A stretch of DNA of 55,506 nucleotides, the filler included, from Sphacelaria rigidula (Eukaryota), in the NCBI GenBank assembly GCA_964200075.2. It is 6 parts of 6 records of this genome, joined end to end, with 100 filler letters (N's around TTAATTAATTAA, not from the genome) between each part and the next. Parts side by side here need not be neighbours in the genome. Positions count along the whole stretch, not along the records: positions 37,073 to 46,239 come from CAXNAA020009141.1; positions 46,340 to 55,506 come from CAXNAA020009142.1; 4 more parts are not named here. One strand, written 5' to 3'. Shown in pieces: positions 37,464 through 50,551 of the stretch. The notes under the pieces were generated by a model. The model was not told the DNA's origin, searched no databases, and worked only from the letters and a program-made list of their open reading frames with translations. The position numbers and the translations under genes were made by a program. The stretch's first letter is position 1. Every line of letters starts with the position of its first letter.

Positions 37464-37752
37464 GCTTCGCTCTGAATGTCTTGGTCGACATCTTCAAACA
37501 CGAAGGACCAATCGCGCCCAACAAATTCATTTTCGTTGGATACAACACTGCCGATTCAACGAATGACCCGACTGGTGTTCAGAGGGTTAACGGTCAGATA
37601 TACAATCTGTTGATTCGGCATGATTTTTTTTCACTTCAAAAACGGGAAGACGCAAATGACCCACCGTGGCGATCAAGACTTCATGCGTCCCGTGCGGAGA
37701 GTGCATATTTCGGTCAGCAGCAGTGGCTCAGAACTGCGCGGGTTAGTTTTAC
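37464..37752 (+). CDS. Possible exon (FALNVLVDIFKHEGPIAPNKFIFVGYN...)
   Basis: Acceptor cctatcaag| and strong donor |gtaagt flank a 96-codon open frame. Linkage to the downstream gene is unresolved. Confidence 0.35.
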
Positions 37753-39839
37753 GTAAGTTACAGCGGACGGGTGGACTGCGGGGACTACTTCTAGGCTCCT
37801 GCACCCACGTCGCCTCGCAGTCGTTGCAGTGTGTACAGAGCTGGGCCAGGAGTACCGCTACTGGTAGTATGTTGGTCAAAATCATGACTTCATCTTTGCT
37901 GAGTCTTGCGTTTTGGAGACTGTTGGAGGTTGTACTTGGAGGCGACGTACAGCACTTGTGTTTCGGTCTGTATTGAATTGGTGGTTGGCCGCTTGAATTG
38001 GCTGTTCGACGCGCAAGTGCGTACACTTCAATCGACGTACGTCGCAACTTCGTCAAGATTAACACCTTGCAGGACCCAGCTTTTGTTCCGACATGTCGCC
38101 ATCCAAGAGCGGAAAATGACCTTTGCGCAGCAGACACGGTACCTTCCGCTCCCACGTGGGCGAGAGGAGGTGCATCAAAACCGTGTCGCTTGTTGAACTG
38201 AGGCACCTTTTTCACCTCTGCTGAAGGAGTAAAATACTGAGGAGATACGTGGTACAAAGAGTACACGGTGTAATCAAGAAGCGGACAGGCTTTCGTTCTC
38301 AGCGTAGATGCCATTCACAAATCATGTGCGGCCCGTACCACTCTGCCACATCAACACTCGACAACCAAAATCCGGGATCGGGGTGAGGTATGTGATTGTA
38401 GTGCCCGCCTTGATGACATATTCCCCTGGCCGCTGGACGCGGGTTTGTAGCATCGCGGTCAAGTACACAACCTGCCTCCTCTGACGTGTGCTGTCTTTAT
38501 GTAAAGGTGACCAACCCAGCGTGGGTATATACGGGCAACCTAGACAGTAAGTGGTTTACACTAGGTGCTCGACTTGATGAACCATCAAACCGTCGAAGGG
38601 TCACACACTAAAACTGCGATAGAACGTCAGCAAGGTCGGAAGCAGAGCTCAACAGTTGGGATGCCTTGCAGCACAGAAGCACCCGCCAGTCTCCCACAAG
38701 GAACTACAAAAAGAACGCAGCTTAGAAATCGAGCGCGGGGATATGCCCACCACACCTCGAATCATCTACGATTGCGAACAACCGATACATGATTCTAAGG
38801 CGAGTACACACTCAGCCTCTCGCGAAGTCAGTCATGAGCTGCCCTTAGTACCAGCTGCCGTCCTGTTATACTGTTTGTTGTGTAGTTTGCACAGGGTGGG
38901 CGATGTCCTATGATCAAGTTGGTATGTGTAAGACATTTTGTGTTGTACCTCATGTACAGGGTACCATCAATAGTACACAACATAGTGAGTAAAAATGAAC
39001 ACCGACCAGGCGCGCGAAGTGCCTCGAAACATGACGCCGAACGAGACACACCACAACAGAAATCCGAGAAAATGTGAGGTACTATCGAGAAAGTATAGTA
39101 GCTAGTTCATGCCCAAAGGGTATGGTGGCACAGAGATTATCAGAAGAGAGCTACATTGTCCTCGACTCGCTAGCATGTCTCATGGTTATTTTTCGGAGAG
39201 GGGTGCTGCCTTTCGGCGACACACGTACGCAATTGAGTTGTTAGAAAATCCACACATCAACGTCAACCCACGACTTTTCTCAGAGCCTGCTGCCCTCTCG
39301 TTCCGCGCACCTGTACACTAGCCACCATAGCAGCACAGATAGCAAAGACAGCCTTCATCTTGATGTATAGCAAAAGTGCTTTCGTTGACGATAGTAACCA
39401 GAGCGCTCCACGAGATAAAGAAAGCAGAGTTGCCTGGAGACAAACCGCCCGCGAAAGTCCAACAAACTCACGTACGTCACGACTTGAATGTGCCACCAAA
39501 GATATCTTGACAGGTACTTCACTGTGGTGTCTTGTACTCTGCTCTGTTCTTTCATGAAAAGGGTACAACATACGCGGACCGATTCAAACCGTTTCAGGGG
39601 TATGTGGAACATAACATGCGGCTCGTTCGCTACAGAACTTGCAGCAGTTGCCGTGCCCTTCTGGGGTCGTCGCATATCCCTCCCGGGTCGCTGGTTGACC
39701 GGTACACTGCACTAGTATCATGATGAACACTATTGTACATAGATTCGGGACAGAAAACTTCAAAACCCTCCGATATAAGTAAAGGTACATGTACTAAAAC
39801 TACGAGCACCACGTGCTTCACCTTCATCAAGTTTGAACC

Positions 39840-42800
39840 ATGGCCGTGACCACGCGAGAGCGACAACGCGATGAGGCAAATGAGGCGGCCGCCGCTGCTG
39901 CTATTGCTGCTTCTGTTGAAATTCGCAAAAGGGACTGCGACAATCATTTGCGATATATGCTCGCCACCAAGAAATCCGTAAACACAAGGAACAACGGGAG
40001 TGGTAAGGTTCTGCTAGCAGCAGGCGACAGCTGTGGTGGCAAGGACGGTCACAACGACCAACAGTCGCCGCACCACGGTAACTACAATGGTGATAATGTC
40101 GATGGTGGTGCCCATGCCACGTCCTCGCGGCTGCTACCAGCTATCAAAGACAACGGAGAAGGAATGAATCGATCGTGTGTTGACGCTACATTATCGGCAC
40201 TCCTCAAGGCGCTAATATCAGCATGCGAAGCATCTGCGAAAGTTGTGAACCCAGCGACATTCCCAGCAAATACAAAGCCGACGGAGGAATCGTTGGACAA
40301 GCCAGTTGACGATGCAATAACCGGAAGGGTGATGGTACCTTTTATCCCACAGTCAAGTAAAGGAGCTGGAACCGAGGAATGTCGGGAGTCTGCTAGAGCC
40401 CTTCTACGTTTCTTGGGACATGCACCCCTCTTGCATCTAGAGGGTATAATCTGGATCAAGATGTCAGGCCAGCGAGGCGAGCAAGTGCTGGTCGAGACGT
40501 CAGAGTATATAATGTTTTCGTGATGGAGAGAATTTAGGAGACGATTGAGAGTGAGAAGCGGTCAATCAATTAATGGAATGGTTTCAGTTCCGAAATGCCC
40601 CTCCGGGGCTAACATGAGACCCGATACGCTTTCTGTAGTAGCTGGCCACTGAAGCCTTTGGTATCCCTCAGTGTGATATATATCGTCGTGTGCTGTAAGC
40701 ACACGACAGTGTTGCAGGTAAAGAAGTTGCGCATACGCACACAAAATGAACAATCGGTCAAGTTAGAGCGACTAATAAAATTCACCCTCAATCAACGCTA
40801 TACTGCCAATCTCACGAAAACATTGTCAGTTATAGGTCCATTTTAAGCGTCGGAGTGGACTAAGTTCTATATGCTACTTTCCACTGGTGCAGAAAATGGA
40901 AAGACCCACAATTTCATGACAACAGTTTTCACGCGCAGCCTGCATTCTACACCCACGTTGAACAATGACCGCACCCCAGAGCACATATCATGATGATGAT
41001 GAACACCGCCGTCATGATATATTAGCATCGCACCTACAGTACAGTGCAGTTTGAAGCTGCGATGTATTGAGTGTTCAAGTGCGTAGGCCAAACTGCATGA
41101 AACGAGCAGCGGTATGTTGTGCTGTTTCACGGGCATTCCGGTCCCATGTCTTTGAAACTTGCGCGGCCTTGCGAGGTGATGTGCAACGAAAACGATAGTA
41201 ACGCACACACATGTCAACGAAAGAATGTTGTACTGGGTGGGGGAGGGAGGGGTGGCGGGGAAAGGATGGATATACGGAGCTTCTTCTCAGTGTTTAGAAC
41301 AGACGTTAGCCATAGACCTAAAAGGGGGGAAAGCACCACTTGTTGTTCGCTCCATCTATCCATCGTACATATTGAAAAAAGTGGAAAAAATGTTTTTTTT
41401 GCCCCGTCAAGTCGTAGGAGATATGCGTACATGGGTTTCGTTGCGCGCCACTGCATCATCACAAACTGTTGCTTTCGTGCATCACTCCTTCCCGTAACCT
41501 TCGCCAGTTCACTGCATCGCCGCGCTGTCTAGTTGGAGCCTGTTTCTGGTACCCCTGCGCGCGCCATGGTCTGTTGGAGGCGCGATAGCGGGCCGTCTAT
41601 CAAAACAGCCGAACACCACGACTAAGATAACCGAGGTGCCGCTTAGCTCCATGCTCGAAGTGGGTATAGTGAGCGCTTTCGAGAATCTTAAAACCTTCGC
41701 AGATCACGAGGCCAACTCCATATCACGCCCCTTTCGTGTTTTATGTACCTCAACAACACACCCAGCTTCTGACGAGGATAAACATAACAACGAATTCACA
41801 GACGATACCAAATCCGACCTGTCGACGGGCCATATAGCAAGAAATGGTGGTCATAGCCATGGTGGAAGTGTAGCAAAAGGCGAGTGGGTTCTGACTTTCG
41901 TTGGCTTCGAGGTGGTTTGCAAGCTGCGACAGTATTTGATGGTAGCTCGTGAGAGCTGGGCGATGAGAAGTACGGTTGCGTTTCGGGGGGGCATCGTCCA
42001 GGTGCTCACCTCAGCTATTGGAGCCGCGAAGCGATACCTAAGTGGGATCCATGACGCCATGACCGGACAGCTAGGCAACCAGGTGGGCGTCTTCGTTCCA
42101 ACATTAACGACATGTATTTACAAAGAACACACCAGACCTAATCTTGTGGGTACCATCGGACGGAGTGTGCAATTCGATGAAAAAATCTTGGGTGGTTGGC
42201 AATATATCTGAAAACTGCATTTTAAGCATTCCTTTTCGTCGCTTTCCCCACCCAATCCGCACAAATCGTCGTTAATAACGGCGCACACTCTCAGGACAAC
42301 GCGCATGTCGGCATTATGGAGGATCTTGCCGACGAGTTAGTTCTTGACACGGCAGTCAAACGCGTGTTTTTTTCAGTGGGTAGCATTTTTTTGGGGATCT
42401 CCCGTTGGCTTGAACAAGTAACAGCCGACAGCAACGTCCAGGAGCAAAGTGGAGACGTTCTTAGCACTCTTGTTTGGGATATACGGCGTTTTTCAGCGGC
42501 GGCGGCAGTGTTGAATGCTGCATTTTTTCATAGCATTGAAGTACGAGAGAGGCTCGATCTCGTCGCACACCCGATCCCTGTTTCCATCCCTGTGGTTTCT
42601 GAGCTTCTCGTGGACGCGTATTCTAGTCTGAATCGTAGACTGGAGCAGTTTCAGAACGAAGATGGTTACTGCAATCAGGAGGAGGCAATTGGTGAAGAGG
42701 GGCCTTCACACGCTTTGCACCCGTCGACTACAAGTGCAGGGCGACTAGACAGAGGTGTTGGCAGCGGCAAAACTCGTGCAGGAACGATCACCAAAGCGGC

Positions 42801-44196
42801 AAGTACCGAGGATCTGGACAAGCTATCAACGTCCATGGGAGACTGGCTTGTCGGTGCACTCAACGGAATGGGGGAGGTGTGTATGCTGCTCGATTTATTT
42901 TCACGCCCCCTTCTAGTGAGGTTAGTCTTCCTCATTCAAAAGGTAGTGCCGTACCTTACAGTGTTGAAATAGCGTCCTCGTTTTCACTTAGCACGATATG
43001 CTGGCGGATTTTGATGCACGTAACTACAAGCTGAGTCGGAACGAGCGATAACTTCCAAACGATACACTCAGCCTGTCACGAAATATCACCAAAATTTTCA
43101 ATCCTGCACTACTCATCATCATTACATTGATCCCATGATGCCAATCCATAAAACCACAATCTGATACATGTCCGCCACGCACGATCGCGGCTGCTGCCCC
43201 TGTTCCGTTCCGACAACACATCAAACAAATGACGACTTCTACAAGGCTGTTCGTCTTTTCAACCTCGAGAACGAGCGCAAGGGTATCGTGCGCAATGACA
43301 TAAGCGTCGCGCTCGGTCGGTGCTACCGCAGCGGGCTACAGCCGGCGGCATCCGACTCGTCGCGACTTATCGTCACCATTACAGAACGTGCTGTGGGGTT
43401 GATTGAGCACCTGGAGCGTCAAGAACAAGAGCGAGCTGCAAAATTGGCGAGGTTGAGAAGCCTGCCGGAGTCACCTGCGCCGGAGTCTCCTAATACAAGA
43501 AAAGTGCGAAGAAGACGGAGTACATTTTTCAGCCTACGTCCCCATTCCCTTAATTTCATTAAATCACCTCACGGTACTCCTCCGGGACCACTTGCCATAC
43601 CCTTGTCACCGGCTGCGGGAGATGAAAAATCGGAGGATACTAAGCTGCTCCCGCCGCTAAAAGTCCACGGCGCACTTTTGGACCGTGTCATTCCCAGTGG
43701 ACAGAAACTCCTAAAAGGAGAGTCCGGTGGGGAAATAGCAAACCTAGCCGTCCCGCATACAGGCGAGGTTGGGGCAAGGGTTTCAGAGAATGGTTGTCAT
43801 GGTTTCGGAAACAAAACACAGCGGGGCGGAATCGATCTACGCGGGATTGGTGCAGTACAGCAAAAGCAGCACCAGCGCCACCAGCACCAGCAGGGCATGG
43901 GGGACGACGAAGCCTCTCAATCGGTGCCGGTTTCGACGAGGATGTCACAGGACCTTCTACTGAGCGCTCCCGTGCTTCTCTACTCTTACTGCAAGCTGCT
44001 GCATGGATTGGTGTGCGGGAGTTATGACCTGCGCGCTGCATTCGTGACGAAGTGTGAGGCTGATCTGAGGAACATCGGGCGTGAGGGCGGGTATGTGGAT
44101 GTCCTAGCCTCGCTAGATGGAGGCTCGCCGCGCATGGTGTTTCGAGAGTGCGTTCGCTTTTTGCTCGAAGTCCTAGCTGAAAGCGAAGCACGATGA
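39840..44196 (+). CDS. Multi-exon host gene, hypothetical protein (~940 aa modelled)
   Basis: ATG in accATGG context. Phase-consistent exons 39840-~40443, 40710-40835, 41508-42082, 42295-42876 and 43246-44196 with GT-AG introns and long open frames. The first donor is uncertain. Confidence 0.75.
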
Positions 44197-45127
44197 AGCA
44201 ACGTGAGTATTTTCAGATAGATATGATGAATAGATGGGCATTTTGGGGGATAGCAGATCGGTTGGCCACTGTGCAGAAGGGATGAGGAAATTTACGGTTC
44301 TGCTCGTCTGGACGAGATTAGTCAACGTCGGTTCAGCGAGTGTCCCTTGTCGTCTTCAAGACGCTGCGTGAGGATCGTTTGCTGGGCTTCATCTTTTTGC
44401 GCTCTTTGTGCCGGGTGCTCTGCAGGAACGGCAAACACGTTAACAACCTTCTAATCATTACTCACAGAACGCAGACTCAGGAAACTCCCAGACCTTAAGG
44501 CGATGATCCGCTTTGTAGCAGTGCTAGCTCATTGTAGCCGGCACATGTACTTCACGACCTCCGCCCGAATAAAATATCCCAGTGTGCGGTACAAAAAAAG
44601 CCGAAACACAGCAACAATCCATGCCCGAATAATCAAAGAGCGCAAACTTTTTTTCGACATAACCAACAACCAGCATCCAACTTGCACCCACGCAAAGCAC
44701 CTACACGATCTACGACGAGTATTGTAAACGGTGAACCAAGACTGTACGCCCGTTGGAAAGTCAGTACTACTACACCCGCACCACATCTCGACAGCCCGCA
44801 CCATAAATGCCGTGAAAAAAAAAACACTGCTGTCATACAGCACCGGATAACACGAGTGTTCTACAGTTCACACTTTGAATCCCCCCCCTTCCCTCGGGAC
44901 TCATGACTATGGCATGCATGATCATGAGTACAACCTTCCTCGGGACGAGTCCGTTGCCTCAGGAGCTCAGCCCATCTTTCCCCGGAACACGCCTTGATTT
45001 TGGACTTGTGGATTCAATCAGCACCTCCGCACCGCGGGAACTCCCGTCAAACAACTCAATCAACCACTTTTTCGTCTGCTCACGTACTCACGCTTTCGAC
45101 GTTAAAAACCAGAGACTTCAAAACCCC

Positions 45128-45212
45128 CATCGCGTCGGGAATCGAACCAACGTTCTCTCCATCCCAATGGGGACAGTCGAACCATTTTAATTTACACCAC
45201 CGGGCGTGGACG
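45128..45212 (-). other. tRNA-derived sequence (SINE head or tRNA pseudogene)
   Basis: Minus strand gcccggTGGTGTAAATT...aacgttGGTTCGATTCCcgac carries A-box-like and B-box motifs; no complete cloverleaf. Confidence 0.5.
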
Positions 45213-46157
45213 CTACGATTGCTTGGAAGCAATTATATTCCGTACGTACATTGTATAGGGGGCAAAAAAATGTGCCCGGAGTCTCCGAGCACTAAAGCAT
45301 GAAACACGCCCCATTTTCCAATTTTCTAATTGATGTCCTCGTACTCTCATGAACAATAAAAAGACACCTGACCACATGCACCCTACCCTTGTGCCCCCGG
45401 TTTTGCTCCAAATCAAGGTAAAAATCGCGGTGCACCCACCTGACCACGATCAAGTGGCGTGCCGAGAAGAAGCTGTAGGAGGCGCTCTGTGCTCGTACAA
45501 TTACTCTGAAATAAAAGTAAAAATTAATAAACCTGGTAGACGTCTATATGACGTCAGAATTGCCCGTTAGTCTGCAAAGCTTTGCAAGGATACTGTGTTG
45601 AACTATAACACTACAGTACCAACACGCGATCGTGAAGCGATCGCGACACCGATTTACTCGCACCCTGTTATCCTCTGCGCCTACACTTTTGACTGCGTCC
45701 ATTCCGGATGTCTGGGCTTCAAAAAAGGAATCCTTGTAGTGTATGAAAGTCGCATCTGAGCGGGTAACGACGAGCCTCGCGCTGTACACTAGTGGAAGAC
45801 GGAAAATGCCTGTCTATCGGATATGCACAACAGTACCACAGAGAAGTCCACACGAGAAAGGACATTTACGACACATAATACCGTCATGTGGACTCCGTAA
45901 CCGTTACACATGATGCTTAATTCTCTGGATTTTTTAGCACGTGTATCGGAGATATGTCATACGGGGTATATACACATATATGTGATAGAGCACGTGAAAC
46001 CGCTTGAGAGCTGGTAAAAACACAAACTAAGAGAGTGAAAAATGCTGCACATCCTGCGACGCCAAACATAGAAACACTGAAGAACCTACAGTATTAAGTT
46101 CTGCGATATTTGTTTTGCGACACACAACCGTTATACGGGAAACCTCACCAAGGGTAT

Positions 46158-46188
<31 letters not shown>

Positions 46189-46239
46189 ACCCGATCGCCC
46201 ACAACCCCACCCCACCAACCCCCCCACCAACCACACCAC

Positions 46240-46339
46240 NNNNNNNNNNNNNNNNNNNNNNNNNNNNNNNNNNNNNNNNNNNNTTAATTAATTAANNNNN
46301 NNNNNNNNNNNNNNNNNNNNNNNNNNNNNNNNNNNNNNN
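46240..46339. other. Artificial contig-join spacer
   Basis: 44 N + TTAATTAATTAA + 44 N. Confidence 0.99.
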
Positions 46340-49033
46340 GCATGTATGTGTGGGTTCCGCCGTTAATCGAGTCTACATCATGAATGAGCAGTGCATCATT
46401 GTTCTTCAACCGATTCAATCAGAAGGAGAAGGGAGATAGCATGCATGCACAAGTGTACACTAGCTGCACTGTTTTTGAACAGCGCATTGGGATCGAGCAA
46501 CGTACTCATACAAACACGCCGTTTTTCACGGCAGCAAAATTGAACAGATTCACGCGGTCCGTGTGGCGATGCATGGGAGGACTAATGGGATTGTATATCG
46601 TCCCCCACCTTTTTATGGTGCTGACCTTAGTTGTAGGAACGAGTTGTATCAACAAACGCTGTACTACTCGCGGCCGCAATCGGGGTACAGTAGCAGTAGG
46701 CGGCTCTGTACCTACTCGATTGTATCGGGTAAGTACAGTATTATACCTTGTCCCAAGACTTTCATGGCGCGCTACACGTAGCCTCCGGTTGATGGATAAA
46801 AGTCGCTGCGTGTGCCTGTCACTCACTGGAAGAGGGGGTATATAGGGGGCCATTTACCTCCACCGCTGTGCTCCTCACAGGATGACGAAAGCGAATTCAT
46901 CTTTTTTTCGTGCGCCGGCGACGTTTGGGTCTGCACTTTTCAGATCGTGTCAAAAAGCACCTCAATCCCAAAGTCAAACGAACACTTTGACTTGTTTCCC
47001 ATGGAGGAAGAGAGTCAATTTTCTCATGCAAACGCTCGATCCTCTTGATACGTTCATGCACACATGCAGCAATGTCAGTTCGAATAGATATCTTGATCTG
47101 ACTGAGCTATTTTCTCACTTACTTCCCGATTATTCTCCTCGTTCTACGCAACAAACGGGTCGGCTCCTCCTATCGCGATGCGGCAATTCATTTTGTGCAC
47201 CTGGAAGAAGACGGAGCAGGCGGAACAAATTTGATTTTGGGCTGCCGCCATTTCGACTCGCCCGGCAGCAGCGTGGAGGTGAGTTAGCATGCATAAAGGG
47301 ATCTGCATTACAAGCATGCGTGCATGCATGTCTTACTGTTCTCGCTTCTCCTGATTGAACCCACAATAACAGTATGCAATACAAGTATGCATACAGTATC
47401 TTTACACGAAGTGTATATAATATACTGAGTATACAGTATATATACGTCAAACAATTTTTAGGAATTTAGATGATCCGATCAGATCGCCGAAACTCCCCCA
47501 AATCGGTTTTTCACCAGGACCCTAAAATTTCGGTTCTCAAAATCCATTTTTTTGTGGCGTGTAGTAGTTGGCAATAGCTACAAGCGAGTGAAGAAATACT
47601 GAAACCATATTACGAAGATTTGGTGTGATTACAAAGATTTTGATCCTCCAGGCTTCTCATCCTGAATAAAGAATCCATCCCCAATCATCTGTAAAATCCC
47701 GCGTTAAAATCTGAAGTCGATTTGATTACGAGTATCGACATGGCGAAGTTGCGAAGAAGTGAGGAACGGAGCGCGCCTCCCCACTCTCCAACATCACAAA
47801 AACACATGAGCTCCTCGACACACAACCATACTGACTCCCCGACGCATATACCCATGAACTCCCCAATAATAATACATGACACAAAGAGCTCCTCAGAACG
47901 TGAACACAAGAACTTCTCGGTACATGAACGATAGACTCCTCGCTGTGATGTATGTGTAGGTATATTATCAAGCATAGCGGGGGAAAATGGGCCAACCAAA
48001 ATGATGGAAACATGAAGCATATCCTCCGCATGGGTCTGTCTCATCTCCGTACAGTAGATCTATCATCAAAACAATCTATCGGGCGCTGGTTCGAGAATCT
48101 CTTACAAATGTTCGGCCCCCCTCTTGTCACTCCAGTCTAGCCTCCCCCTCCCTCTGGCCTGCGCTATGTTGCCTTAGCGCAGGCCCACTACAGCATGATG
48201 GGGAGGGGGGGGGGAGGAATGGGGTGGAAGAAGACGGAAAGTGAATCATCATGTGAGTAAGGCTAACGTTCTTTGTGTTCCATCATGATGGTAGGATCGG
48301 GCAACGCTCTTTAGCCTTGTTGGGAGGGATGTCGTGAAAGTCGCGCATGTATGTGTGGGTTCCGCCGTTAATCGAGTCTACATCATGAATGAGCAGTGCA
48401 TCATTGTTCTTCAACCGATTCAATCAGAAGGAGAAGGGAGATAGCATGCATGCACAAGTGTACACTAGCTGCACTGTTTTTGAACAGCGCATTGGGATCG
48501 AGCAACGTACTCATACAAACACGCCGTTTTTCACGGCAGCAAAATTGAACAGATTCACGCGGTCCGTGTGGCGATGCATAGATAGGAGGGCCAATGATTA
48601 AGATTGTATATCGTCCCCCACCTTTTTATGGTGCCGATCTTGGGTGTAGGGATGATTGTATCAACAAACGCTGTACTACTCGCGGCCGCAATCGGGGTAC
48701 AGTAGCAGTAGGCGGCTCTATAACACTGTACTTCCTTGATACTTGATTATCAAGTAAGAAAAGTATTTTAGTTATCCCAAGACTGTCCATGGCGCACTTC
48801 ACGTAGCCTCCGGTTGACGGATAAACTAACCAGTCAGCGCTGACTGATCAGTAGTCTAGTTGGTTGTCTCTTAAACCGTCACAAGTCGCTTCGTGTACCA
48901 GTCACTGGACGAGGGGGTATATAGGGCCATTTACGGAAGTGATTCAATCTTTTTGTGCGCCGGCGACGTTTGGGTCTGCACTTTTCAGATCGTGTCAAAA
49001 AGCACCTCAATCCCGCAGTCGAACGAACACTTT
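46340..49033 (+). repeat. Direct repeat pair of ~650-690 bp (46340-46988 and 48345-49033)
   Basis: The first 235 bp appear identical; the remainder is diverged with indels. Confidence 0.92.
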
Positions 49034-49228
49034 TATTCATTCATGTACTGTTTCGAAGCTACGGCAATCCGCGTCGGCATCACTACTACGGTATTTTTTT
49101 TAATCGGTACTGCTCCCTTTTTCGGCTGGCTGCGGAAATCGACTGTACACACGCGGCCATTCGCCCCCCCCCCCCAAAAAAAAAACTCTGTTCCGGTCAA
49201 CTTTTTGAGCCTTCATAGGAATTGAACG

Positions 49229-49469
49229 CCTCCAGAGGGTGCGCGGCCCTCCGGAGGGGTGGGATCAAACGCCTCCAGAGGCTTTTTTTGCCTCTGGAGG
49301 GCCAAGCATCCTTCCAGAAGAATTCGGAATGTAGGCGGCCCTCCACAGCACCATATTTGTTTATACTCTCGAGGGATTCAGACCTCAAAAGTCACTGGAG
49401 CATCAGGTGCCCTCCAGAGGATTCGTTTATGACCGCACCTGTGGATGAAATACCCTCTAGAGGGTATTT
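49229..49469. repeat. Cluster of palindromic CCTCYRGAGG decamers
   Basis: Copies at 49229, 49248, 49272, 49291, 49311 (variant) and 49411, plus a perfect 22-bp palindrome at 49448-49469. Confidence 0.85.
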
Positions 49470-50551
49470 ACCCTCGATACTATGAAAATCGCGATAGAGG
49501 TTTTTCATGGGGGTAGCCGAATGGCCGCGTGTGTATATAGTTTCATACGCACTGTACTTAGTGCGCTGTGCTGACTGTTGAGGCAGCCTTGCGATCGGGT
49601 TCATACTGCGCACAAAGCCTTGCTAGTCGATCTCTCACGGTCCTGCCGAAAGTTGATTGGGGGTCTTCGCGTAAACACCCCAGCAGTGCGCAATATTCGT
49701 CACGGCTCTGATTGCTCTGCCTGTATATCAATAGTCCTCAGGGCAGTGTGGTGCGTGTTGATGTGTTTCACGTATTTTTCGTTTGCGGAGGCACCAGTGA
49801 TTGGGTTACTATACTAAGCAATCCTGCCAAAGTGCAGGGTGGATGCACTTGAAGAAACCTGGGACGACTGTTTTTGCCGTAACCACAAAGAAGGGGGCAG
49901 GTACGTTTATTTGAAAAAAATCCCTACAGGTATAAGGTCACGTTTTCAAAAAACATGGGCGAGAGTATCGGCGGAATTTTGTTATGTGGACGTATTTTTT
50001 GTCATCATACGAAGTGCTCGAATAACATGTAAACGGCCGCGGAGGTATCAGGGCGGACTTTGTGGTCATTATCGCCTCAGTCTTCCCCCCCAAAAGGGAG
50101 TCATAAGATGCCACGAAATGATCTCTCCTCGAGATACGTGTTCCTGCTATGTATCACAAAACGATCGGACGCGCTGCTGCGACGGGGTGTATAAGCAAGA
50201 ATTTATAAGTGACGGAGTCGTCGCGGATTAAACTTTGCTCTCGGGTAAGTCTCACCCGAAAATCAGAATCCCACTTCGGAAAATTCACGAGTTGCCGATA
50301 AGAAAATATGTCCCGCAAACTACCCCAAGAAATATGTTTTCTGCATGCCTCCGTAATTGCGACACATCACGTGGGTACTCCGGGGCAGGGGGTCGGTACC
50401 CATCACAAGTTCAGCATAGATCGCAGTACAGTGCACTGGTACATTACAGTACTGCCCCATGTATACTGTGCTGTTGTACAAACCGTACGGTACAGTGCAG
50501 ACGGTGTGTCACGTGTGAAAAGTGGTGTGCCATGAAGCAACAGGTATAGAG

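Noticed and set aside
46340..49033. LTR pair of a TRIM-like retroelement
   Set aside because: No TG...CA ends, primer-binding site or TSD were identified, and the first copy is cut by the contig edge.
49229..49469. CRISPR-like repeat-spacer array
   Set aside because: Repeats of 10 bp and spacers of 9-14 bp are too short and irregular, there are no cas genes, and the context is eukaryotic.
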